From Candidatus Woesearchaeota archaeon (GTDB taxonomy: Archaea > Nanobdellota > Nanobdellia > Pacearchaeales > UBA284), in the NCBI GenBank assembly GCA_964354405.1, contig CAYGZP010000001.1:84879-148878 (forward strand): a stretch of 64,000 nt of DNA. The letters are read 5' to 3'. Below the pieces are notes generated by a model. It was given only the letters and a program-made list of their open reading frames with translations, did no database searches and had not been told where the DNA came from. Positions 39,567-48,040 of the stretch are shown piece by piece (within the stretch, counting starts at the first letter, position 1; each line of letters opens with the position of its first letter). Position numbers and translations under genes: made by a program.

Positions 39567-40117
39567 CTTTTTGATTTTCCCTCGATTTTTTCAAATTTTT
39601 CTGAAATATCGTCGTGCTAAAGCGAACACCCCCACACCTACATTTCCCGTGGAAAGTTAGATTGCCCTGAACTTTAAAAACCTTTGTCCTCACGAAACAA
39701 TAATAAAACCTACATTGCATATGGAATTTCGGTTTTTCGTTTTTCTCCTGCTTTACGTTTGTAATCTTTCCCCTTAGCCTTTTGAATTCTCCAAAGATAA
39801 ATTAAAAATGAAGGTTCAGAAAAAACCCAGAATAAAAACAAAAAATGAGAAAAACTATAATATAATAATAATATAATAATAATATAATAATATAATATAT
39901 ACTATACTATACAAAAATTTATAAATAAACTGTCACAAACCGAAAAACGGGTTGGTTTTTAAACCTTCGTGATTTTTCTCCATCGGCAATGGGAGGGTGG
40001 GGGTGTCCACTTTTATTCAAAATTCTAGGAATCTCGCCAGAAAGTTGATTTTCAACACTATCATAACAAAAGAGAAAAATTTATAAATAACTCGGGGTTG
40101 AATTTAATAATTATAAA
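39567..40117. promoter_or_regulatory. candidate chromosomal replication origin (oriC) with ORB-like inverted elements flanking an AT-rich unwinding region
   Basis: Inverted 10-mer G-string gtgggggtgt present as acacccccac at 39625-39638 and gtgggggtgt at 39998-40007; the first is adjacent to a mini-ORB-like ttcccgtggaaa at 39644-39655; about 340 bp of >80% AT between them including a (TAATA)n tract; immediately upstream of orc1/cdc6. Confidence 0.45.
39856..39912. repeat. AT microsatellite (ataataata/tataa units), probable DNA-unwinding element
   Basis: Tandem ata/taa repeats seen directly in the sequence. Confidence 0.6.
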
Positions 40118-40378
40118 ATGGCATTAGAAAAACGACCCGCAAAAGAACTTGTAGGAAAATTGGTTGTGACAAAAGAAGGTAAGCGAATCGGCATTGTGAA
40201 AGATATGACTTTTGAGACGAGAAGCGGCGAGCTCATACAGATAGTGATTACAAATGCGACATCTTATGCTGGATCTCTTAATCTAGAAAAGGGAAAAGCC
40301 GGTGAATTGTTCATTCCATATTCTTCAATTATGGCAATAGGCGACTTTGTTGTAGTTGGCGAAGAAGACATGAGATAA
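40118..40378 (+). CDS. PRC-barrel domain protein
   Basis: 86-aa G-K-x-V...G-x-x-I-G-x-V-x-D all-beta pattern typical of archaeal stand-alone PRC barrels. Confidence 0.55.
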   Translation: MALEKRPAKELVGKLVVTKEGKRIGIVKDMTFETRSGELIQIVITNATSYAGSLNLEKGKAGELFIPYSSIMAIGDFVVVGEEDMR

Positions 40379-40408
40379 ATTCACTAACACTTTATTTTTG
40401 TTACATTT

Positions 40409-40849
40409 TTGAAAATGGTAGTTATAGGTTTTAATTTAAAAAAAATTCTTGTTGAAAGGAAAGCTCCTGTTCGCGGAGAAGTTAAAGTCAATACCAAGAT
40501 GAACATAACCAATATCAAAAAAGAAGAAGTAAAACTTACCGCAGGCAAGGATGTTATCAATTTTGATTTTGATTTTATGATTAACTATGTTGGCGTTGCC
40601 AATCATACAGGCAATGTGGCCGAGTTATCATTCGAAGGAAATGTTCTTTATCTCGTTGATCCAAAAGACACGAAGAAAATAATTGATGACTGGAAGAAGA
40701 AAGAGATTCAGGAAGAAGTCCGAACGAAAGTTCTTAACACAATCCTGGCTAAATGCAACCTGAAAGCACTAGTTCTTGAAGATGAACTTGGGCTCCCCTC
40801 GCATCTGCCAATGCCGCGATTAGGGAAAAAGGTAGAAAAGAAGAAGTAA
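40409..40849 (+). CDS. hypothetical protein
   Basis: ORF only. Confidence 0.3.
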   Translation: MKMVVIGFNLKKILVERKAPVRGEVKVNTKMNITNIKKEEVKLTAGKDVINFDFDFMINYVGVANHTGNVAELSFEGNVLYLVDPKDTKKIIDDWKKKEIQEEVRTKVLNTILAKCNLKALVLEDELGLPSHLPMPRLGKKVEKKK

Positions 40850-40867
40850 AGAGAAAGAAAAAATAAA

Positions 40868-41002
40868 CGCCAGCGCTAGGATTCGAACCTAGATGTCCTT
40901 TCAGACAACGGTTTTCTTGTTTTATTTTTTTCTTTTTGATTGAATCTTTTTTCTAAAAAGATTCTTTCGAGACCGTCCCATTAACCGTTCTGGCACGCTG
41001 GC
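40868..41002 (-). tRNA. tRNA-Ser (anticodon CGA), type II, with a 52-nt intron at the canonical 37/38 position
   Basis: Hand-folded on the minus strand: acceptor GCCAGCG/CGCUGGC, discriminator G73, U8, D loop AACGGTTA, anticodon stem ACGGT/ACCGT, loop CTCGAA|A interrupted after position 37, 15-nt variable arm (tgtc-tgaaag-gaca), T stem ctagg/cctag with TTCGAAT loop. Confidence 0.7.
40914..40965 (-). other. tRNA-Ser intron (about 52 nt) containing its own hairpin gaatcttttt/aaaaagattc
   Basis: Sequence between anticodon-loop position 37 and 38 that must be removed to restore a 7-nt loop; boundaries are ambiguous by 1-2 nt because of flanking A runs. Confidence 0.6.
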
Positions 41003-41037
41003 ACAAGATATTTAAATCTCGCTTAATTAAAAAGCTT

Positions 41038-41766
41038 ATGGCTAAGGTAAATTTGTTTACAGCAGTTTTGATAACTCTCTTACTGATATCGGCGATATTT
41101 ATCATCGGTGCCGGTTGTGAGACAGCTTCACAAGGCGGTGGCGGGGGCCAGGGCAATGAAGGAAACGGACAAACTCCCCCAGCACCAGTTGAAACGCTTT
41201 TCTCAGACGACTTCAACAATGATATGTCCGGGGCAGTTCCATCGCAATGGAATATTGTCTTGAAAGACAATTTAGTTGCTTCAGTAAAAGGAACAACACA
41301 ATCTAACGACATTTATGGAAAAGTTCTCGAGCTTAAGGGAAGATTAGTCACAGCAAGCCCGGGAGCAACATGGCAGGATTACTCAGTTGAAATGGAATTT
41401 AAAGTATTCAACGCAGGCGAGCATGAAGGCCCAGCAATATTGTTCAGGGTTCAAGATTCTGACAACTATTACTTGTTGGCCACAAACACCCAGCCGACAG
41501 GAACCAACTACATCTTGTCTAAGGTAGTTTCAGGAACAAAATCCGAGTTAAAACAGCGCTCTTCAAACAAGAGAATCGACGATGACGTATGGCACACAAT
41601 AAAGTTAGACATACAAGGTGAAAATTTCAATGTATATGTCGATGGCAGCAATATCATGGAAACGACATTAGACGGGACATTTGCTACAGGGGGGATAGGT
41701 TTGATGACACATCCATTCAGCAACATTTTGTTTGACAACATTGTTGTTATCGGGATAACTGCTTAA
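41038..41766 (+). CDS. secreted lipoprotein with concanavalin-A-like (LamG/DUF1080-type) jelly-roll domain
   Basis: Signal peptide with IIGAGC lipobox-like Cys and a Gly/Gln-rich linker; beta-rich domain with W..G..L, EFKV, ILFRV and VYVDG blocks resembling DUF1080/LamG. Confidence 0.45.
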   Translation: MAKVNLFTAVLITLLLISAIFIIGAGCETASQGGGGGQGNEGNGQTPPAPVETLFSDDFNNDMSGAVPSQWNIVLKDNLVASVKGTTQSNDIYGKVLELKGRLVTASPGATWQDYSVEMEFKVFNAGEHEGPAILFRVQDSDNYYLLATNTQPTGTNYILSKVVSGTKSELKQRSSNKRIDDDVWHTIKLDIQGENFNVYVDGSNIMETTLDGTFATGGIGLMTHPFSNILFDNIVVIGITA

Positions 41767-41789
41767 AAGAAAAGAGAAATAAAAATAGT

Positions 41790-42110
41790 TTAAATTTCTT
41801 TTTGAAAATTCCTCGCTATATAACCAACAATTAATTCTCGGCTTGGCCCGTCAGTCGGAGTAAGAGAAATTTCCCTTGGCTTTCTACTCGTGTTCTCGAG
41901 TCTTTTTGTCTGATTATTAAACTTAATATAAACCACTTCCTCAGCTTCAATATGGTATTGAGAAAATTTTGATAAAAATTCTTTTAATTTTCTTTTATTT
42001 GTATAACCAAAACAGATTTCGATAGCGCTTTTTTTTGAAATGTCTTTGACATTCTTATCAGAAAGCAAATTTTCCAAAATCCCGGTAGTTCCTATCTTTT
42101 TTTGATTCAT
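41790..42110 (-). CDS. hypothetical protein, translationally coupled to the upstream phosphoesterase
   Basis: Start overlaps the stop of 42110..42829 by 1 nt. Confidence 0.3.
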   Translation of the reverse strand: MNQKKIGTTGILENLLSDKNVKDISKKSAIEICFGYTNKRKLKEFLSKFSQYHIEAEEVVYIKFNNQTKRLENTSRKPREISLTPTDGPSRELIVGYIARNFQKEI

Positions 42111-42829
42111 TAGATATTCTTTAACTTACCGAACTTATAAACTTTATTGGCTTCTCCTGCAATAAATACCTCGAATTCCTTCAGCGCGCTTTCTTCCAAG
42201 AAAGGCGATAAAAGTTTCTCGCGTTTAACGTCGCTGCCTTCATAAACAGAGAAGAACGAAGGCATTACAATAAGATTCTTGCCATGCCACTTCCCATTTA
42301 AAAAACATTTGTACAACTCACTCTTGACTCCTTCGCGAATCGAAACCGCGGGATGCTCATGTCCAATGACAATTGTTTTGATATTCTTTGCATAAATTTC
42401 TTTGTCTAATAAGATTTTATGTCCATGTAATATCGCTACATCGCCGGCTATATAATAATTAACTATTTTCAATCCTTTCTTTCGAGCGATAGGCTCGAGA
42501 ATTGCGTCGTGATTGCCCTTAATCAGCACAACTTTCCTTTTGTTTTTCATCAATAAATCAAGAATCTCAATGGTATCGTGCCATTCCTGCTGCGAAATCT
42601 CGCCAAACTCATGCTTCAAGTCGCCATTTATCACAACAACTCGCGGTTTTAACTTTAAAAGTTCTTGAATCTCTTGTTTCATCTCCTTGAAAGTAAGCTT
42701 TGGCACAAGTATGCCTTCGTTACTCAAGGCATCTTCATAGCCGATGTGCAAATCCGAGATGATTAACACTTTCTGTTCAGATAGCCACAATGCCGTATTC
42801 TTTATCCAGATTCCCCTTGAAATTATCAT
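42110..42829 (-). CDS. calcineurin-like metallophosphoesterase (MJ0037/TIGR00024-like)
   Basis: DLHIG, NGDLKHEF, GNHD and GHEH metal-binding motifs. Confidence 0.65.
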   Translation of the reverse strand: MIISRGIWIKNTALWLSEQKVLIISDLHIGYEDALSNEGILVPKLTFKEMKQEIQELLKLKPRVVVINGDLKHEFGEISQQEWHDTIEILDLLMKNKRKVVLIKGNHDAILEPIARKKGLKIVNYYIAGDVAILHGHKILLDKEIYAKNIKTIVIGHEHPAVSIREGVKSELYKCFLNGKWHGKNLIVMPSFFSVYEGSDVKREKLLSPFLEESALKEFEVFIAGEANKVYKFGKLKNI

Positions 42830-42897
42830 GGATATTATAATAAGAAAACTTTATTAAATCTTTTTCCTTGCTAATCCCGATTAAAAGGGGTAGATGC

Positions 42898-43764
42898 ATG
42901 GGGAATAAAAAAGTGATTGTAGGGTGTTCTGGTTCGAGAGCCATAGCAAAAGAGGTCGCGCAAAAGTTAAAACTTAAACATTTTAATCTAATTGTCGAAG
43001 AATTTCCAGATAATGAGCTAAGGATAAGATTCCCCAAGAATGTAAAAGGCCAAGATATCTGGTTTTTTCAATCATTTTACGGCGACGTAAACAAAAAAAT
43101 AATAGAAACTTTAATCGCATTCTACACTGCCAAGGATCTCGGAGCGAAAAATATCTCGCTTATGGCGCTTTATTTCCCCTATCTTAGAGAAGACAAACGA
43201 TTTGAGTCAGGCGAAGCCATAAATGCCAGAATCATAGCAAAGTTTTTCAGTCCTTTCTCCAAGGTTTTTGTAATAAATCCTCATTTGCACAGGCTGAAAA
43301 ACCTGCAAGCATTTTTTCCTAATGCTAAAGAGCTCAGCACCGCAAAGATTATAGCAAGATACATCAAAGATAGATATCAAAATTATATTATTGTAGGCCC
43401 AGATGAGGAAAGCGCAAGATGGATAGCCCCCATAAGCAAAATATTGCATTCAAAATACATTATTTTAAAAAAGACAAGACTCACTCCATCAAAAGTCAGG
43501 ATACAACAGCTGAAACACCATAAAAAATATCAGACAGCAATAATTATCGACGATATTATAAGCACCGGAGGAACAATGATAGAAGCGATTAAACAGATAA
43601 ATCCCCTATCCAAAAGCATTAATTGTATTGCAATTCACGGGATTTTTGACCAAAACAGTCTAGAAAGACTAGAAAAAATCGCGAAGGTAGTATCCACAAA
43701 TACTATCCCCTCTCGCGCGTCAAAGATAGATATCGCAGAGACAATAATTGAAGCATTGAAATAA
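42898..43764 (+). CDS. prs: ribose-phosphate pyrophosphokinase (PRPP synthetase)
   Basis: PRPP-binding loop IIDDIISTGGTM and an N-terminal flexible-loop region; in-frame ATG at 42898 preferred over the upstream TTG. Confidence 0.8.
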   Translation: MGNKKVIVGCSGSRAIAKEVAQKLKLKHFNLIVEEFPDNELRIRFPKNVKGQDIWFFQSFYGDVNKKIIETLIAFYTAKDLGAKNISLMALYFPYLREDKRFESGEAINARIIAKFFSPFSKVFVINPHLHRLKNLQAFFPNAKELSTAKIIARYIKDRYQNYIIVGPDEESARWIAPISKILHSKYIILKKTRLTPSKVRIQQLKHHKKYQTAIIIDDIISTGGTMIEAIKQINPLSKSINCIAIHGIFDQNSLERLEKIAKVVSTNTIPSRASKIDIAETIIEALK

Positions 43765-43784
43765 ACTTAAACTAAAAAGAAAAA

Positions 43785-44225
43785 ATGAAGAACAAAATTT
43801 TTATTGCAAGCGATCATGCAGGGTTCAAGCTGAAAAATCAAATTGCAGCTTTCCTAAAATCAAAAAATTACAATTATGCGGATTTGGGCGCAAAAAGATT
43901 TATCGCAGCAGATGATTTTCCAGATTATGCAGAAAAAGTTGCGAGAAAAGTCAAGAAGGAGAAAGCAAAAGGGATTCTTATCTGCCGCACAGGTCAAGGA
44001 ATGGCTATTGCAGCAAATAAAATAAAAGGCATCATCGCTGCTCCAGTATATAATCTATCGACGGCAAAACACGCAAAAGAGCATCTCAATGCAAATATCA
44101 TAACTTTCGGCGCAATCACCAAGACAAAAACCGCAACAAAAATGGTTGAAGCATGGCTTAAGTCTAAATTCCTTGCTCAAGCCAAATATATCCGAAGATT
44201 AAATAAAATCAACAGGTTAAGATGA
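43785..44225 (+). CDS. rpiB: ribose-5-phosphate isomerase B (RpiB/LacAB family)
   Basis: IASDHAGF and CRTGQGM active-site blocks. Confidence 0.8.
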   Translation: MKNKIFIASDHAGFKLKNQIAAFLKSKNYNYADLGAKRFIAADDFPDYAEKVARKVKKEKAKGILICRTGQGMAIAANKIKGIIAAPVYNLSTAKHAKEHLNANIITFGAITKTKTATKMVEAWLKSKFLAQAKYIRRLNKINRLR

Positions 44226-44839
44226 AAATCCAAATAGCTTTAGATCTGCTTGACAAGAAAAAAGCCTTGGAAATCTGCAAAAAAACCTCCAAATATGTTG
44301 ATATTATAGAATTAGGAACTCCCTTCATCAAAAAATTTGGGATTGGAATTGCAAAAGAGTTCAAGAAATTCCACAAACCACTCGTTGCAGATCTGAAGAT
44401 AATGGATGCAGGCGCTCTCGAAGCTGAAATGGCATTTGACGCAGGCGCTTCAATCATAACAGTATGCGCAGACACAAACGACGAAACAATAATTGCCACG
44501 GTCAAAGATACCAGAAAAAGAAAAAAGAAAGTTATGGCTGATTTAATTGGTGTGGATGACTTAAAAAAAAGAATAAAGGAAGTTTTAAAATTCAAGGTGG
44601 ATTATATCTGTCTCCACACAGGAATTGACATTCAAAAAAAAGTATCGGTGCTCACAGATTTGAAGAAAATTGCCCTATTAATCCCAAAAAAGAAGCTTGT
44701 GGTTGCAGGAGGGATAAATGAACATAACATAAAGGACATTGTTAAATTCAATCCTGCCATAATAATCGTTGGGGGAGCTATCACCAAGGCAAAAAATCCA
44801 GAAAAAATTGCAAAGGAGATAGCAAAAATAGTAAAATGA
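44222..44839 (+). CDS. hxlA: 3-hexulose-6-phosphate synthase (HPS)
   Basis: OMPDC-suprafamily blocks IQIALDL and LVADLKIMD; overlaps rpiB by 4 nt. Confidence 0.75.
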   Translation: MKIQIALDLLDKKKALEICKKTSKYVDIIELGTPFIKKFGIGIAKEFKKFHKPLVADLKIMDAGALEAEMAFDAGASIITVCADTNDETIIATVKDTRKRKKKVMADLIGVDDLKKRIKEVLKFKVDYICLHTGIDIQKKVSVLTDLKKIALLIPKKKLVVAGGINEHNIKDIVKFNPAIIIVGGAITKAKNPEKIAKEIAKIVK

Positions 44840-45366
44840 AGAAAAAACAAACAGAGAAGATCACAGCAGAAATAGAAAAGGTGCTTGAAAAAGTTCCAGC
44901 AAAGGCCACAAATTCATTTATTTCGTTGATGACAAATAAAAATAATATCTTCCTTGCAGGCGCGGGAAGAAGCAAGCTTGTCGCAGAAGCCTTTGCTATG
45001 AGGCTCAGGCAAGATGGTTTGAATAGCTATGTTGTAGGCGATGTTGTAAATCCGCCAATAACACAGAAAGATTTACTAGTAGCTGTAAGCGGCACAGGAG
45101 AAACTCAATTAACTTTAGACATTGTAAAAGAAGCGAAGAAACACCAGGCTAAGATTGTAGCTATCACAGCAAGGAAAAACTCAAGGATAGCAAAAGCCGC
45201 GCATCTTGTTATAGAACTTAAAGCCGAGTTAGATGGAACTCTCGAGCCTTTAGCTTCTTTGTTTGAACAGGCCGTGTTTATTTATCTGGACACCGTTATT
45301 ATAGATATGTTGAGAAAAGAACACAGGGGTTTCAAAGAATTAAAGAAGAGACACGCGAACTTGTAA
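44836..45366 (+). CDS. hxlB: 6-phospho-3-hexuloisomerase (PHI), SIS domain
   Basis: SIS fold with IFLAGAGRS and VSGTGETQ blocks; overlaps hxlA by 4 nt. Confidence 0.75.
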   Translation: MKKKQTEKITAEIEKVLEKVPAKATNSFISLMTNKNNIFLAGAGRSKLVAEAFAMRLRQDGLNSYVVGDVVNPPITQKDLLVAVSGTGETQLTLDIVKEAKKHQAKIVAITARKNSRIAKAAHLVIELKAELDGTLEPLASLFEQAVFIYLDTVIIDMLRKEHRGFKELKKRHANL

Positions 45367-45367
45367 A

Positions 45368-45838
45368 ATGGAGCTTAAAAAATATATCAAGAAAAGCTAC
45401 AACAAAAAAATCACGATAAGATTGAAAGACATGCAGAATTTCTTCTCTGACAAAAAATCAGTAAATCTCAAACTAAAGGGAAATCCGATAATCTATGAAG
45501 TTTTAAGGAAAAAGGCAGGAGACACCGAGTACAGTTTAACAACAATCAAACCAGGAAAAATAGGCAAAGAGCATTTTATGACCCGCGGCCATTATCACAA
45601 GAACAATTTTACGGAATTATATCTTTTGTTGAAAGGGAAAGGAGTTCTGCTCATACAGAACAAGAAATGCATTGCGATTAAATTAAAGAAAGACAAAATT
45701 TATCTAATCTCTTCAAAATATGCCCACCGAACCATAAACACTGGCGGAGATGCTTTAGAAATTCTAACAATTCAATCTACAAAAATAAAATATGATTACA
45801 AGAAAATAGAAAAAGCAGGTTTCAAGAAAAAAGTTTGA
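45368..45838 (+). CDS. cupin-type glucose-6-phosphate isomerase (cPGI)-like
   Basis: TRGHYH...ELY and YAHRTIN cupin metal-site blocks resembling Pyrococcus-type cPGI; sugar-phosphate neighbourhood. Confidence 0.55.
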   Translation: MELKKYIKKSYNKKITIRLKDMQNFFSDKKSVNLKLKGNPIIYEVLRKKAGDTEYSLTTIKPGKIGKEHFMTRGHYHKNNFTELYLLLKGKGVLLIQNKKCIAIKLKKDKIYLISSKYAHRTINTGGDALEILTIQSTKIKYDYKKIEKAGFKKKV

Positions 45839-45847
45839 ATTTTAAAA

Positions 45848-46732
45848 ATGAAATATATTGTTGCTTTGGATGTCGGCGGAACAAAAATAGCTGGCGCGCT
45901 TATCTCGCAAGGAAGAATATTGAAAAAGATAAAAACCCCCACAAAAGCGCATCAGGGAAAAATGCATATCTTAAGGAGGATTTGTAATGTGATTTCTGCG
46001 CTTATATCCGAGATTGACAAAAAAGATGTAAGGGGGATAGGCATAGGATTGCCTGGGCCAGTGAATATTGAATCAGGGACATTGCTTAGTGCCCCGAATT
46101 TGCCCGGTTGCCATAACGTTCCTGTTAAAAAAATAATTGAGAAAATGTTTAGGGTTCGAGCTCGAATAGAGAACGACGCAAAATGTGCTGCGCTAGGGGA
46201 AAGTCGTTTCTTCAAATGTAAAGATCTAATCTGCCTTACTTTAGGAACTGGAATCGGGGGAGGAATAATCATCAACAGAGAGATTTATCATGGAAATGGG
46301 GTCGCAGGGGAGATAGGACACATGACTATCGAAGTAAATGGCCCGAAATGTTCTTGCGGAAATCAGGGATGTTTTGAAGAGTATGTCTCGGTTCGTGGCA
46401 TAAGGAGAATCGCGCAAAAGCACAATAGCAGCTTGGGGCCGAGAGAGCTTTCAGAGAAAGCATATCATGGAGACAAAAAAGCAAAAGCGATTTATAATGA
46501 AGTAGGAAAATATCTGGGAGTTGGGTTGACTAATTTGGTGAACATTTTTAATCCCCAAATAATTGTCGTAAATGGAGGGATCAGCAAAGCTGGAAAGTTT
46601 TTGATGGAGCCCGCAATAAAAGAGATGAAAAAAAGAAGATTCAGATTAATAGAGCAGAACACTAAAATTAAACTCTCAGAGCTTCAAGAAGATGCCGGCT
46701 TATTAGGAGCATCGATGCTCTTCGAAAAATAA
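45848..46732 (+). CDS. ROK-family sugar kinase (glucokinase)
   Basis: LDVGGTK ATP site and the ROK zinc motif CSCGNQGCFE. Confidence 0.75.
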   Translation: MKYIVALDVGGTKIAGALISQGRILKKIKTPTKAHQGKMHILRRICNVISALISEIDKKDVRGIGIGLPGPVNIESGTLLSAPNLPGCHNVPVKKIIEKMFRVRARIENDAKCAALGESRFFKCKDLICLTLGTGIGGGIIINREIYHGNGVAGEIGHMTIEVNGPKCSCGNQGCFEEYVSVRGIRRIAQKHNSSLGPRELSEKAYHGDKKAKAIYNEVGKYLGVGLTNLVNIFNPQIIVVNGGISKAGKFLMEPAIKEMKKRRFRLIEQNTKIKLSELQEDAGLLGASMLFEK

Positions 46733-46742
46733 ATTTTGAAAA

Positions 46743-47597
46743 ATGAAAATATCAAAAGTCCCCCTACGAATTGATTTTGCAGGTGGCACAACAGACATCC
46801 AGCCCTTTCCTAGGAAATATGGCGGTGCTGTATTGAACGCAGCAATAAATTATTATGTCAATGGATGGTTAAAGACAAACCAAGGCATAACTTTACAATA
46901 CTCATGCCATGCGCCCACACATTCAGGATTAGGCACTTCAACAGCAATGTCCTTGGCATGGCTATCCTTGATTTTAAAGAAACATAACCCCCGGATTCTT
47001 GCAGACAAGGTTCTTGAGATAGAACATGATATTGGTTTGACTTCGGGCAAGCAGGATCAATACACTTCTGTTTTAGGGGGCATAAATTTTCTTCAATTTT
47101 TAGATGACAAAGTTAAAGTTACGAGACTAAACCTCCCACAATCAACAGTTTCAAGACTTGAAAGCAATTTCTTGATATGTTATAACAAAAATTTGAAGAG
47201 ATTTGTAGATTTGAACAGGGTTGTTGTAAAAAAATTGAATCAAGGCAATCCCATAGTGATTAATTCTTTGAAAAATATGAAAAGAATCGCCTTTGAAATG
47301 AAAAAAACCCTTGAAAAAAAGCAATTTGCAGAATTCGCAGAGCTCATGAATGAGGAGTGGCATTACAGAAGCAAGATGTTCCCCACATTCGCGTCAAAAG
47401 AGATAAATCTCCTCGTCAAAAAATGTCTAGAGAATGGCGCTTTAGGAGCCAAAGTTCTTGGCTCTTGCAACGGCGGCGTGGTTCTCGCTTATTGCGACAA
47501 TAAGACAAAACTGAAACAAAGTCTTTCAAGACTAAAAAACATAAAATATTTTGACTTCAAATTTGATTTTAAAGGGCTGCAAGTTCATACAATATGA
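46743..47597 (+). CDS. GHMP-family sugar kinase (HddA/fucokinase-like)
   Basis: PLRIDFAGGTTD N-terminus and the GHMP motif HSGLGTSTAMS. Confidence 0.55.
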   Translation: MKISKVPLRIDFAGGTTDIQPFPRKYGGAVLNAAINYYVNGWLKTNQGITLQYSCHAPTHSGLGTSTAMSLAWLSLILKKHNPRILADKVLEIEHDIGLTSGKQDQYTSVLGGINFLQFLDDKVKVTRLNLPQSTVSRLESNFLICYNKNLKRFVDLNRVVVKKLNQGNPIVINSLKNMKRIAFEMKKTLEKKQFAEFAELMNEEWHYRSKMFPTFASKEINLLVKKCLENGALGAKVLGSCNGGVVLAYCDNKTKLKQSLSRLKNIKYFDFKFDFKGLQVHTI

Positions 47598-47647
47598 CTT
47601 TTTTAAACCCCCATAATATTTAAATACCGCTTTCTCGACGATTAAAT

Positions 47648-48040
47648 ATGAAAGTTTTGGTTGTTTGTGATTTGAATTTCGCGAGAAGCATCACAACTGC
47701 GTTTGTTTTAAGAAGACAAGCCAGGGAGCAAGGATTAGAGTTAGATATAGAGACAGCAGGATTGCTCAACAACAAGAAAAAAAGAAACCATCTTGAAAAT
47801 GTATGTTATTATCTTAAAAAATATATTCCTTTGCTCAACAATAACAAATTAACAAAGGAGAAAGCTGACAAGGCAGACATAATTTATGTGATGAATGATG
47901 AAATGAAACAAGGAATAGCTGATAAATACAAATACCCAGAAGCAAAAATCTATAATCTTGACATTTCAAGCCGCCATTGGTTTCCTTACACAAGAAATCT
48001 GATAAGAGCGATAGAAGAATCGCTTATTGAATACATCTAA
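47648..48040 (+). CDS. low-molecular-weight phosphotyrosine phosphatase / ArsC-like
   Basis: P-loop VLVVCDLNFARS (C-x5-R-S); a DP-loop is not obvious. Confidence 0.4.
   Translation: MKVLVVCDLNFARSITTAFVLRRQAREQGLELDIETAGLLNNKKKRNHLENVCYYLKKYIPLLNNNKLTKEKADKADIIYVMNDEMKQGIADKYKYPEAKIYNLDISSRHWFPYTRNLIRAIEESLIEYI

Noticed and set aside
39505-39720. 71-aa poly-basic (RKKRRERRKKR) minus-strand ORF overlapping the orc1 start and the ORB-like box
   Set aside because: Out of frame with orc1 over its low-complexity N-terminus and running across the candidate origin; artefact of the purine-rich strand
39856-39912. AT repeat tract considered as a possible CRISPR or minisatellite array
   Set aside because: Units are 3-8 bp with no spacer structure and no cas genes; it is a simple AT microsatellite and better explained as an origin unwinding element
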